A stretch of DNA of 63,775 bases, filler included. It is 3 parts of 3 records of this genome, joined end to end, with 100 filler letters (N's around TTAATTAATTAA, not from the genome) between each part and the next. Parts side by side here need not be neighbours in the genome. Positions count along the whole stretch, not along the records: positions 48,695 to 63,775 come from SRR20825006_2390; 2 more parts are not named here. One strand, written 5' to 3'. Below the pieces are notes generated by a model. The model made no database searches, was not told where the DNA came from, and worked only from the letters and a program-made list of their open reading frames with translations. Made by a program: the position numbers and the translations under genes. Positions 54,918 to 63,775 of this stretch are shown piece by piece (within the stretch, counting starts at the first letter, position 1; every line of letters starts with the position of its first letter).

Positions 54918-56624
54918 TCAGTCCTGCATGATGTCCCACTTTGGCCGCAAATACGAGACCTTGAAGGCATCTTCATTCGAGACAATGGCGCCCTTGGCGC
55001 GCTCGTGACCGTCGAGGAAGTAGACGAACTCGAGGTCGCGTTTCTCCTCGGGCAGCTCGAGCTGTTCGGCGAACTGCCGCACGAGGTCATTGGCGGGCAA
55101 TGTATTGCGGCCCATGACCTCGACCATTTCGAAGTTGACGCCCTTCTTCTTCTTGGAGGGTTCCCACGCCTTGTAGACGAGTTCGGTGCAGACGAGCGAT
55201 TCGTCGGTCAGGAAGTCGAAGTTAAAGTCATAGGGGCGGCCGTAGTATTCGAAGGCGCGGATGATCGCGCGCGCCTTGTCGACCTTGTCGCGCTTCGGGC
55301 GGATGACGCCGACGTAATCCGCGCCCGCGCCGTGCTCGAGCGTCGAGAGCACGACCCCCTCGCTGATCGCCTCGAGCACGCGATAGGGATGACCGTGGTC
55401 TTGCTCCTGATACTTCTTCCAGATCTCGGGGAAGGTCGCGGCGATGTGCTCGCTAAACCTCTTGCCCTTCATCTCCTTCTCGAGCGCCTCGGTGACCTCG
55501 GGCACGTCCAGGTACGCCGCGAGCTCCTCGGGGGAGCCGATGTAGAGCTCGGCGTGAGGCCAGAAGCCAGGGAGGCCGATGTTCGAGAGGTACCAGTTGT
55601 GGCGCGCGACGATGATATCACCCGGCGCCATCAACGCGCGCATCGTGTCGATCTGCTCCTTGGAGATGAGGTGGTTGTGCAGGCGGTAGACGCGCGTATC
55701 ACCCATCCACTCGGCCACGTTCTTTTGGACGGGGAACCACGTATCGAAGGTCATATCTCGCGCCACATCGAAGGCCTGGTATCCGGTGCGCAGACCGGGG
55801 CGCTTGGCAAGGCGAACCTTGGTCGCCTCGTGGTGTGAGACGAGACGATCGAGCACCCACTTGCACTCGGCCAGCTCGGTGCACTGGCCGGTGCCGATGA
55901 TGTCGCGTTGGATCTTGTAGTAATTGCGCGAGGCGACAAAGCGCGAGAACGCCTTGGGGTTGATGATGTTGTGCTTGAGGCTGCTGAACCCCTTCTTGGG
56001 GAGCGACTGGATCGGGTTGGATTCATCGAGCAACTTCTCGAGCGGGCCCTTGCCCATGGCCATATCGATAAACTCGAGGCCATAGTGATATTGCGTCATG
56101 AACGCGGCGTAGCCGAGCAGGAAGGAGGCCGCGTGGCGCTCCTTGTCCTTGACGATGTTGACCTTGTGAAAGTCACGCCAGTACTGCTTGAGCCCATCGA
56201 GCGCGCGCATGTAATCGAGGACCGTGGCCCAGAGCTCGCGCAGCTCGCGGCGCTGCGTCGTCGAGAGCTTGGCGAGCTTGTCCTTGGGGAAGAGGTCTGG
56301 CCTGCTCCTGGCGTAAGCGAACGTGCGCTCGAGCCCCTCGTCGTAGCGCCGGAGCTCGACGAGATCGTCATGCATCTTCTGCTGGAACTCCTCGTCGCTC
56401 AGCGCGAGCATCCCGACCTTTTCCCTGTGCAAAAGCTTGTTGGCTCCATCCTTGACGGCCTTCTTGGCGCCATCCTTGACCTTCTGCTTGACCTCGCGCG
56501 CCTTGGCCACGCGATCCTCGACCTCCTGGCGAACCTGCTCCTTCTTTTCATCACACCCTGTCGCAGTGAACCCAAAGGACAACAGAATCGCGGGGAGCAT
56601 CATCTTATGCATGAGTGCCTTCAA
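54918..56624 (-). CDS. Lipoprotein with permuted papain-like NlpC/P60 (YiiX/YebB) domain
   Basis: AGGAGG RBS before TTG 56624; lipobox ATGC; GDII, GFWPHAELYIG, EAISEGV, GRPYDFNFD, LVCTELV (His before Cys). Confidence 0.85.
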   Translation of the reverse strand: MKALMHKMMLPAILLSFGFTATGCDEKKEQVRQEVEDRVAKAREVKQKVKDGAKKAVKDGANKLLHREKVGMLALSDEEFQQKMHDDLVELRRYDEGLERTFAYARSRPDLFPKDKLAKLSTTQRRELRELWATVLDYMRALDGLKQYWRDFHKVNIVKDKERHAASFLLGYAAFMTQYHYGLEFIDMAMGKGPLEKLLDESNPIQSLPKKGFSSLKHNIINPKAFSRFVASRNYYKIQRDIIGTGQCTELAECKWVLDRLVSHHEATKVRLAKRPGLRTGYQAFDVARDMTFDTWFPVQKNVAEWMGDTRVYRLHNHLISKEQIDTMRALMAPGDIIVARHNWYLSNIGLPGFWPHAELYIGSPEELAAYLDVPEVTEALEKEMKGKRFSEHIAATFPEIWKKYQEQDHGHPYRVLEAISEGVVLSTLEHGAGADYVGVIRPKRDKVDKARAIIRAFEYYGRPYDFNFDFLTDESLVCTELVYKAWEPSKKKKGVNFEMVEVMGRNTLPANDLVRQFAEQLELPEEKRDLEFVYFLDGHERAKGAIVSNEDAFKVSYLRPKWDIMQD

Positions 56625-56746
56625 TACGGGGCCTCCTGTAAACCGAGCCATGATGGATTGGAAGTCGATCGGATTGATGATATGCCAAGCTGGCCGATCA
56701 CGGCCAGAGGTAAAAGCCCCCAGACCCGGCCACAAGAGAGCGCGCG

Positions 56747-57136
56747 ATGGCAGCCAAGACACCGAGCGAAGACGCACCGCCCCCCGAAGACAAACAACAC
56801 GCCTCGCGCATCGATTCGCGCGTGTTTGTCGTGTTCCTGATCCTGGGCATCCTCGGCGGCACCGTCGCGTGGAACAGCTGGGACCTGCTCGGGACGCAGG
56901 GCTTTGATCCAAAAGCGATCAAGAAGATGGCCAGTGATTACGATGGGGAGTGCTATCGCGCCACAAAAGACGAGCGCGGCTGCAAGCGTCACATCGGCAG
57001 ACGCCACCGCAACTGCATGGAGCTCGGGATCGTGCGCGAGGAGGGGAAGCCGATCTCCTACGACTACGAAGCCTACCGCGCCTGCATGGTCGAGCACCGC
57101 GACGCTGACCTCGCTGATAAATCGAAGAAGCGCTGA
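56747..57136 (+). CDS. Small membrane-anchored protein with four Cys
   Basis: 129-aa ORF with one TM segment (VFVVFLILGILGGTVAW) and host-like codon usage. Confidence 0.65.
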   Translation: MAAKTPSEDAPPPEDKQHASRIDSRVFVVFLILGILGGTVAWNSWDLLGTQGFDPKAIKKMASDYDGECYRATKDERGCKRHIGRRHRNCMELGIVREEGKPISYDYEAYRACMVEHRDADLADKSKKR

Positions 57137-57148
57137 CAAGAAGAGGGC

Positions 57149-58144
57149 TCAGATCCCCAGCGCGATCCTTCCCAGCTTCTCGTAGAGATCGATGCCCGCC
57201 ATCAACTCGTCGATGTCGATGTGTTCGTGATCGGTGTGCGCGACCTCGATGTCCCCAGGGCCGACCAACCACACAGGACCGAGCTGCGAGAGGTAGGTCG
57301 CGTCCGTATTAAACGACACCGTACACGTCTCGACCCCCTCGGGGGGCTCGAAGAAGACCGGATCATTCTCGACCAGGACGTTGACCTCGACGCGATGGCG
57401 CGCGCCGATCTCCTCGAGCAAGGGGAGATACTCGGCGGTGGGTCGCACCGTGCGGATCAAAAGGTTCGCCAGCGCGCTCGGCGCGAACACGTTGGCGGCC
57501 ACGCCACCCTCGATCTGGCCGATGTTGATCGTGGTCGGTCCGAGGAGCTCGTGCTCTGGCCACTCGGCGTGCATCAGCTCGTGGGCGGCCTCGAGCAGGC
57601 GGTGGATCGCCGAATCACCGCGCGCGGGATACGCCGAGTGCGCTGCGACCCCTGTGGCCTCGAGGTTCATTCGGATCATCCCTTTCTGGGCGGCGACGAC
57701 GCGATTGACCGTCGGCTCACACAGGATGATACGCCCGGGCTCGAGGTCGAGACCTCGCGAGCGCTTCGCCCCCACATGATCGACCTCCTCGCCGACGACC
57801 AACAAAAACCCGACATCCGCGCCATCCAGGCGATCGGCGGCCTCCATCATCGCGAGCAGGCCCCCCTTGGTGTCACAGGCGCCGCGGCCATAGACGATGT
57901 TCTCTTCGACTCTGGGGGTCAAAAACGGCGGCACCGTATCCACATGCGTCGAGTAATAGAGGGTGGGGTCACCGCGCCTGGCGATGAGGTTCCAGCGATC
58001 CTCGGAGATATCCTGACGCTCGAGCGTGTAACCCCTGCCCTCGAGCACGCCCTCCAGGTGTTCCAGAAAAGCGCGCTCGCCAGGAGTGACAGAATCGACC
58101 TCCAACCACGCGAGTAATTCCTTGATCAAAGCTTCTCGATTCAT
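57149..58144 (-). CDS. M20 family metallohydrolase (ArgE/DapE-like)
   Basis: STHVDTVPP, GRGACDTKG, GEEVD, CEPT, AAHSAYP, GGVAANV, GPGDIEVAH. Confidence 0.9.
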   Translation of the reverse strand: MNREALIKELLAWLEVDSVTPGERAFLEHLEGVLEGRGYTLERQDISEDRWNLIARRGDPTLYYSTHVDTVPPFLTPRVEENIVYGRGACDTKGGLLAMMEAADRLDGADVGFLLVVGEEVDHVGAKRSRGLDLEPGRIILCEPTVNRVVAAQKGMIRMNLEATGVAAHSAYPARGDSAIHRLLEAAHELMHAEWPEHELLGPTTINIGQIEGGVAANVFAPSALANLLIRTVRPTAEYLPLLEEIGARHRVEVNVLVENDPVFFEPPEGVETCTVSFNTDATYLSQLGPVWLVGPGDIEVAHTDHEHIDIDELMAGIDLYEKLGRIALGI

Positions 58145-58566
58145 TTTTTTTTCATCTCCGCTAACGCGTCTTTTTCTCTGTTTTATCACGCCCGGTGAAC
58201 ATAGCCAGATGCCCGCAAGTCCGCAACCTGCCTATGCGTCCCAAAAGACAACTCTCCCAGATGTAAAAATCTCGAGGCGGGCTCGAAGCCGATGCACCAG
58301 TATTTTGCAGCCACCGTATGATTTTTTTATCTAATCTCTGCCATAAACCGATCCGATACCACTTCTGCATGAAGAGAGCTTGCATCGCCAAGGCATGGCA
58401 AAACGAACACTGATGGACGATTCTTATCTTAGCTCGACGAGGGCGCACAGAGTGCGCGAGGCCAATGAGAATGTCACCAAGCAATCAAAACCGAAAAAAG
58501 CACGAGGGCTCGCACCTGCGGTTCTCTTTTGGCTCGAGGCCAGAGCGTAGCACCCAGCAGGATCCC

Positions 58567-60531
58567 ATGGAGAACGAGGTGCGCATGACGTTGCCTCGTC
58601 CCGGTGAGCTCATCAATGGTCGCTACGTCGTCGAACGCAAGCTCGGGCAGGGGCAATTTGGTTGGGTGTACCTGGTGAGACACGCGCTGCTCGACCAGCG
58701 CTTCGCCATGAAGATCATGAACCCTCGCCTTGCGAACGACGACTCCTGGGTCACGCGCTTTCGTGAGGAGGCGCGCCTGACGAGCCTGCTCGGTCACGAA
58801 CATATCGTCTTTGTCACCGACTTCGATCGCTGCGACACCTTCGGGTACTACTTCGTCATGGAGTACCTCGAGGGTGTTCCGCTTTCGCATATCATCAAGA
58901 AGCGCGCGCCGATCAAACCTCGCGTCGCCATCGACTTCATCCTCCACGCATCGAGCGCGCTGGCGGCAGTGCACGATGTGGGCATCGCGCACCGCGACCT
59001 GAAGCCCTCCAACATCATGATCGTTCGCCACGAGGATGGCACCAAGCTCCCGAAACTGCTCGACTTCGGCATCTCGTCGAGCGTCGTCGAGGCCGCCGAG
59101 ACGCCAAAGCTCTACGGGACGCCCGCATACATGGCGCCCGAGCAAACGCGCACGATGGACGTCGATGGTCGCGCCGATCAGTTCTCGCTCGCCTGTATCC
59201 TTTACGAGATGCTGACCGGCGAGCGACCCTGGACGGTCAAGAAGTGGCGCGACGCCTCGGCGAAGGTTCGCGCGAGGACGCCCGTGACGCCTCCAAGCAA
59301 GCTCGTCGATCACGACATGATCACCGAGGAGCTCGACGCCGTCATCATGCGCGCGCTGGACCTCGACTATCGCAAGCGCTGGTTCGACATGGACTCGTTC
59401 GCGTTCGCGCTGCGCACCGCCGCTGGCGTCTCGCCAACCCCCATGAGTGACCCGCGCGACGCGCAAAACTCCATGCTCTCCACGAGCATGACCTCGCCGG
59501 GCACGCTCGAGACCATCACGGATCTGGCACAGGACTCCATGGTCGTCCTCGTGGGCGACCATGGCTTCGATTACAGCGAAGAGTACGATGGGGGGATGCC
59601 GCTCGATCTTCGCCCGGTGATCTCGCTCAATTTCCGCACCAACGCGCGCCTCAAGCGCGAGTGGATGCGCAACATACGCGCTGGCGGCGTCTTCGTCCCG
59701 AGCGCGACCCTGCTCCCCGTGAACACGCAAGTGCGCCTCCAGATCGTGCTCGAGCAGGAAAAGAGCGCGCTCGATATCGAAGGCACCGTGGTCAATACGC
59801 AACCCGCGACGATCACCACGCCTGGCGGGTTTGGCGTCAGCCTCTCGATGGCGAGCATGGAGCGATTGCGCCAGTTGATGCGCTCGTTTGACCTCGAGAT
59901 CGGCTTTAGCGCAGACGCGCTCGTGCAGCCCCTGCGCCAGATGCGCGTCAGCGATGACCTCGATACGGGGAGCGCGTTCGCGATGTCTCGCCTGAACGAG
60001 TCGCTCCATGTGCGCGAGCTGCGCAACCTCTTCTCCGGCCTCCCGTTCGTGCTCGACGAGGTGCTGCTCGAGCTCCAACGCAAGGGTCTGGTCCAGATCG
60101 CTGAGGTCTCCTCCACCCCGAGCGAGCCGATGCTCCCCGAGGTCGCAGAGCAACTCTCGGCAAAGAACACCACCAACCCGCTCGATGTCACTCGCGCGCC
60201 GTGGCTTCGCTCCACCTCGCGCGAGGGGCAGTACCAGATCTATGATCAGAACGAGATCGATCAGGTGCTCGAGCTCGTCGAGTACTTCAAGCGCACGCAC
60301 AACTACATGGGCGCCATCCACGCGCTGCGAAAAGCGATCGATGTCTCGCCCACGGTCGGTGAGTTCTACCGCCAGCTCGCGCTCCTCCACGCCCGCTTCA
60401 AGCGCGACATGGCGCGCGCCTACAAGGCGATCGAGTGCGCCATCCAGCTCGACCCGGGCAACGCATCCTTCAAGCTCACCCGCGAGTACCTCCAGAACCT
60501 CGAGCGCATCGCCAACTCGTCGCGTGCGTAG
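58567..60531 (+). CDS. Hanks-type Ser/Thr protein kinase with PilZ-like domain and C-terminal TPR (start uncertain)
   Basis: LGQGQFG.VY, AMK, HRDLKPSN, DFG, GTPAYMAPEQ; NIRAGGVFV PilZ-like segment; TPR helices at the C-terminus. Confidence 0.9.
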   Translation: MENEVRMTLPRPGELINGRYVVERKLGQGQFGWVYLVRHALLDQRFAMKIMNPRLANDDSWVTRFREEARLTSLLGHEHIVFVTDFDRCDTFGYYFVMEYLEGVPLSHIIKKRAPIKPRVAIDFILHASSALAAVHDVGIAHRDLKPSNIMIVRHEDGTKLPKLLDFGISSSVVEAAETPKLYGTPAYMAPEQTRTMDVDGRADQFSLACILYEMLTGERPWTVKKWRDASAKVRARTPVTPPSKLVDHDMITEELDAVIMRALDLDYRKRWFDMDSFAFALRTAAGVSPTPMSDPRDAQNSMLSTSMTSPGTLETITDLAQDSMVVLVGDHGFDYSEEYDGGMPLDLRPVISLNFRTNARLKREWMRNIRAGGVFVPSATLLPVNTQVRLQIVLEQEKSALDIEGTVVNTQPATITTPGGFGVSLSMASMERLRQLMRSFDLEIGFSADALVQPLRQMRVSDDLDTGSAFAMSRLNESLHVRELRNLFSGLPFVLDEVLLELQRKGLVQIAEVSSTPSEPMLPEVAEQLSAKNTTNPLDVTRAPWLRSTSREGQYQIYDQNEIDQVLELVEYFKRTHNYMGAIHALRKAIDVSPTVGEFYRQLALLHARFKRDMARAYKAIECAIQLDPGNASFKLTREYLQNLERIANSSRA

Positions 60532-60655
60532 AGCGCCATGTTCGAGGGGGATTGCCTCTGCGGGCAGTGATTGCTAGAACGCTGACTCGGTTTGCCGCTA
60601 GAGAGCTTCGGGGTACGTCCGAAGCTGCTCGTTATCAAGCAGTGAGGAGGCGCTC

Positions 60656-61543
60656 GTGTCCGATGAAGATGTCCAAAAAATCGAACTCCCCGCCGATGAT
60701 CGCATCACCTACGGGAGCTACCTGAAGGTCGACTCGCTGCTGGAACTCCAGGAGCTCGAGAGCAAGCCTGGGATGCATGACGAGCTCCTGTTTATCATCA
60801 TCCACCAGGCCTACGAGCTCTGGTTCAAGCAGATCCTGTTCGAGCTCGATACGGTCGTCGAGCGCCTCGATCTCGACGACATCTACGAGGCTCGGCGGCT
60901 GATGATGCGCGTCATCCAGATCGAGAAGTTGCTCGTCGATCAGATCCACATCCTCGAGACGATGACACCGCGTGACTTCGCCAGCTTCCGCTCGGTGCTC
61001 AACCCCGCCTCGGGCTTCCAGTCCGTGCAATTTCGCGAGGTCGAGTTCGTCAGCGGCATCAAAAAAGCAGGCGTCATGAAAGGGATTCGCCTGACGGACG
61101 AGGAGCGCGCGCGCCTCGAGCGACGCCTCGAGCAACCCTCGATCCGTGATCGCCTCTACGCCGCGCTCCAGCGCCGCGGCTTCGACGTGGTCACACCAGA
61201 CAAGGATGGCAACCTCTCCGAGGAAGATCGCGAGCGCACCCTGAAGGGGTTGCTCCAGATCTACCGCTCCCCCGAGAACTACTTCCACCTCTACAACCTG
61301 TGCGAAGCCGCCGTCGAACACGACCAGTGGATCTTGATGTGGCGCTTCCACCACGTGCGCGTCGTCGAGCGCCTCATCGGCACCAAGCGCGGCACGGGCG
61401 GCTCGATGGGCGTGAAGTACCTCGCCAGCACGCTCGAGAAGCGCGCCTTCCCCCTGATCTGGCAGGTGCGTGGGTTGCTCGAAGACAATGACTTCTACGG
61501 AAAAGAGCGCGGCATCACCAAGCCCGACGACGAGTGCGGCTGA
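60656..61543 (+). CDS. kynA: Tryptophan 2,3-dioxygenase
   Basis: GAGGAGG RBS, GTG start; TYGSYL, HDELLFIIIHQAYELWFKQ, ASGFQSVQFR, WRFHH, GTGGSMG..YL. Confidence 0.95.
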   Translation: MSDEDVQKIELPADDRITYGSYLKVDSLLELQELESKPGMHDELLFIIIHQAYELWFKQILFELDTVVERLDLDDIYEARRLMMRVIQIEKLLVDQIHILETMTPRDFASFRSVLNPASGFQSVQFREVEFVSGIKKAGVMKGIRLTDEERARLERRLEQPSIRDRLYAALQRRGFDVVTPDKDGNLSEEDRERTLKGLLQIYRSPENYFHLYNLCEAAVEHDQWILMWRFHHVRVVERLIGTKRGTGGSMGVKYLASTLEKRAFPLIWQVRGLLEDNDFYGKERGITKPDDECG

Positions 61544-61561
61544 CGCGCTCCCCTCGCGCAC

Positions 61562-63679
61562 TCACCGGACAAAGCGGCTGATGTAGTTATGCGCGCAGAG
61601 GATGTCCCCGGTGACGGGCTCGAGCGCCATCGCCAGACATCCAAAAGGTCGCGGCGTGACCTGTGTCCACGCGTCCGCGTCCGCGTCGTATTTGGCGACC
61701 CCTCGCGTCGTCAGCGCCAGATAATCGCCATCGACATCCTCGAAGAAGGCGCCCGGAGCACCGAACGGAGGCGATGACAGCGCGACAGGTTGCCCGGTCA
61801 CCACGTCGTATTTCGTACTTCCGACGCTGCCCCAGAGGCAGAACGCGCTCTGACCGCAGGCGACAAAGCGCGAGTAGTCCGTGATCGGAGTGTTTGCCGC
61901 TGGCCAGTTCGCGAGCGCTTGCCACTGCGTCGCGTTCGGCAAAAACACCATCACCTCGTTCGGATTTCCGAGCGAGCTCTCGACCGCCGAGACGAGCGTC
62001 CCATCGGGCAACTGCGTGATGTACCTGCCTCGGTACTCGCTCGGGAGCGCCGGAAAGTCCGACCACTGCTGCGTGGCCGCGTCATAAGCCTTTGCCTTGC
62101 CGCCGCCTCCCAACACGAGCGTCCTGCCATCATCCAACAGCGCGCACATGACGCTGTTTGGCCAGACCTCGCCAGAGGTGCTCGTGACGTCTGACCAGGA
62201 ATCACTGGCGACGTTGTAGATGCGCTCGGGCTTGGGGGTGTTGTTGGTCGGGCCACCGTAGCCCACCGCGAGCACGTTGCCGTCCGCGAGCGCACAGCTC
62301 CTGTAGACTGATGGCGAGGGCTCCTCGTTCTGGCTGGCACGCCACGCGACCGCCACGGGATCGAAAATCAATGGACGGCTTCTGTCTGGCAACATGTCCG
62401 TCTCGTCGAGGTTGTTCGTGTTGAAGAACTTCCCATCGGAGAGCTCGATGATCTCGTTGGTGGAGGACCAGAAGGTCTCGATCTCGGCAAAGCTCGGGAT
62501 GTTGCCAGCGTAGAACCAACCAAAACAAGCGTCCTGATCATCGAGATTGAAGCCAGGATCACACTCGCCCACAGGCACACAGTCCCCCTGCCCGCCATCA
62601 TGATAGCCAGCCGCGCAGGCGCCCTCGATGATGCATGCCCCCGCCCCATCGGGATGCTCTCCGGGTGGGCACGTCAACGCATCGGCGAAGGGCTCGTACA
62701 GGAAGACAACCTTGTAGTCGGACTCCTGCTCGTAAGGGTTCTTGAGCACGAAGCGCTGCGCGCCTTCACGCGAGACCTCGAGCCTCGTGGTGGAGCTCTC
62801 CGCGGCGCACTCCCAGGGCGCCTGCGTGGAATCAGAATCACACAGCACGGACGTGAACGAACCTCCGCTGATCTTGCGCAGGCTCGATGCGCCCGGCGCC
62901 AGCGCATCCCAGGCGAACCAGTGCGTGGTGTAATCGCCAGGGTTTGTCGAAACACTCCCGCCGGGCAACACGCCGCGAAGCGCCGCGGGCGGCGTGATCA
63001 TGGCGGCCTGCTTTGCCCAGACAGGGTCAGCCATCGTATCCTGCCAGGGCAAATGCGAGAGCTCGATGTCGGCGTGAACAGTTTCGACATCCGCAGACGC
63101 GAAGGCGTCGAACTCCAGCGTGTAGTTTTGATCAGGGAGCGCCTCCCAGGCGAACGTGTGCACCTCGACCTCCCCCTCGACCTTCAGCGTGGGGTTTTGG
63201 CCAACGCAATCCCCGGGAGGATCGGTGCACAGCCGCACCGTGATCGGGCGCTGTGGCGCATCATTGGTGGTCGTATCCCAACTCACACGGAGGACGATCA
63301 CGCCTTCGGGCTGCGGCGAAATCTCGATCCTGGCGCTCGTGTGCCTGAAGCGATCCTCGTCGTAGTCAAAGGCGAGCATACGCTCGAGCGGAAGCTCCAC
63401 AGGAGGCTCGGCGGACATATCTTCGTCAGGACCAAGATCAGATTCACCGCCCTGATCCTCGCGCATATCCTGCGGCGCCGAGCCCATGTCAGCGTCCGCC
63501 TGCGCCGAGCCCATATCCTCGGCTCCAGCGGGCATATCCTCGGGCGCCGACATGTCAGCCGTGGCCATGTCCGACGAGGGACCTGTCATATCGGGGACAT
63601 TCGAGGTCACGCCGGAGTCAGAACAAGCCACGAGCGTCGATACGGCAACAATCATCGGAAAATAACGCGCACCATTCAT
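61562..63679 (-). CDS. Lipoprotein with Asp-Met repeat linker, Cys-rich EGF-like repeats and Kelch-like propeller
   Basis: GGAGG RBS; lipobox LVAC; DM repeats; CPPGEHPDG/CAAGYHDG/CDPGF repeats; LxDGxxLxxGG...YD....W blades. Confidence 0.82.
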   Translation of the reverse strand: MNGARYFPMIVAVSTLVACSDSGVTSNVPDMTGPSSDMATADMSAPEDMPAGAEDMGSAQADADMGSAPQDMREDQGGESDLGPDEDMSAEPPVELPLERMLAFDYDEDRFRHTSARIEISPQPEGVIVLRVSWDTTTNDAPQRPITVRLCTDPPGDCVGQNPTLKVEGEVEVHTFAWEALPDQNYTLEFDAFASADVETVHADIELSHLPWQDTMADPVWAKQAAMITPPAALRGVLPGGSVSTNPGDYTTHWFAWDALAPGASSLRKISGGSFTSVLCDSDSTQAPWECAAESSTTRLEVSREGAQRFVLKNPYEQESDYKVVFLYEPFADALTCPPGEHPDGAGACIIEGACAAGYHDGGQGDCVPVGECDPGFNLDDQDACFGWFYAGNIPSFAEIETFWSSTNEIIELSDGKFFNTNNLDETDMLPDRSRPLIFDPVAVAWRASQNEEPSPSVYRSCALADGNVLAVGYGGPTNNTPKPERIYNVASDSWSDVTSTSGEVWPNSVMCALLDDGRTLVLGGGGKAKAYDAATQQWSDFPALPSEYRGRYITQLPDGTLVSAVESSLGNPNEVMVFLPNATQWQALANWPAANTPITDYSRFVACGQSAFCLWGSVGSTKYDVVTGQPVALSSPPFGAPGAFFEDVDGDYLALTTRGVAKYDADADAWTQVTPRPFGCLAMALEPVTGDILCAHNYISRFVR

Positions 63680-63775
63680 CTTCGATCCTCCAAAAACCAC
63701 CAGGGCGCCTTCACGTCGCCTCGAATTCATCGCAAGTGAGGGTGTTGCAGATATTCGGACCGAGTCTGGCGAAGT

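Noticed and set aside
1..63775. CRISPR array, rRNA, transposase or retron
   Set aside because: No regularly spaced direct repeats, rRNA-like tracts, or Cas, transposase or reverse transcriptase motifs were seen

Overview
The window is three contigs joined by two artificial 100-nt spacers (44N-TTAATTAATTAA-44N at 29333-29432 and 48595-48694), so adjacency across the spacers means nothing. Contigs A (1-29332) and C (48695-63775) share a TCGA/CTCGAG-rich composition, Asp-Met-repeat lipoproteins and myxobacterium-like envelope and kinase genes. They look like one deltaproteobacterial lineage (Bradymonadia/Myxococcota-like; inference). Contig B (29433-48594) is a different, Alcanivorax/Pseudomonadales-like gammaproteobacterium and breaks inside tRNA genes at both ends. 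Contig A carries paired Cys-rich lipoproteins, bamD, a metallophosphoesterase, a 932-aa protein with a Cys-less CpXC-like domain, a complete his operon with two unusual fusions (HisC-HAD and HisA-HisI-HisE), paired L-domain lipoproteins, a Yeh-type MoxR AAA+ / DUF5682-VWA fusion / SWIM system, and the start of a PLP acyltransferase + acyl-CoA dehydrogenase cluster. Contig B carries a GntR regulator, a DARS2-like DnaA-box/IHF element, the conserved purC-to-nadA block and a LitR-type photolyase/cfa operon next to tRNA-Lys. Contig C carries a coupled pair of paralogous putative beta-barrels, an OleD-like reductase, a minimal RLIG1/DUF5565 RNA ligase behind a structured leader, a promoter-driven ~200-nt structured RNA candidate with a hidden 20-codon ORF, a permuted NlpC/P60 lipoprotein, an M20 hydrolase, a Ser/Thr kinase, kynA and a Kelch lipoprotein. 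No CRISPR array, integrase or transposase was seen. The best candidates for undescribed systems are the fused MoxR/DUF5682-VWA/SWIM module, the RNA ligase and nearby structured RNAs, and the beta-barrel pair. All family calls come from motif recognition by eye, not database searches.
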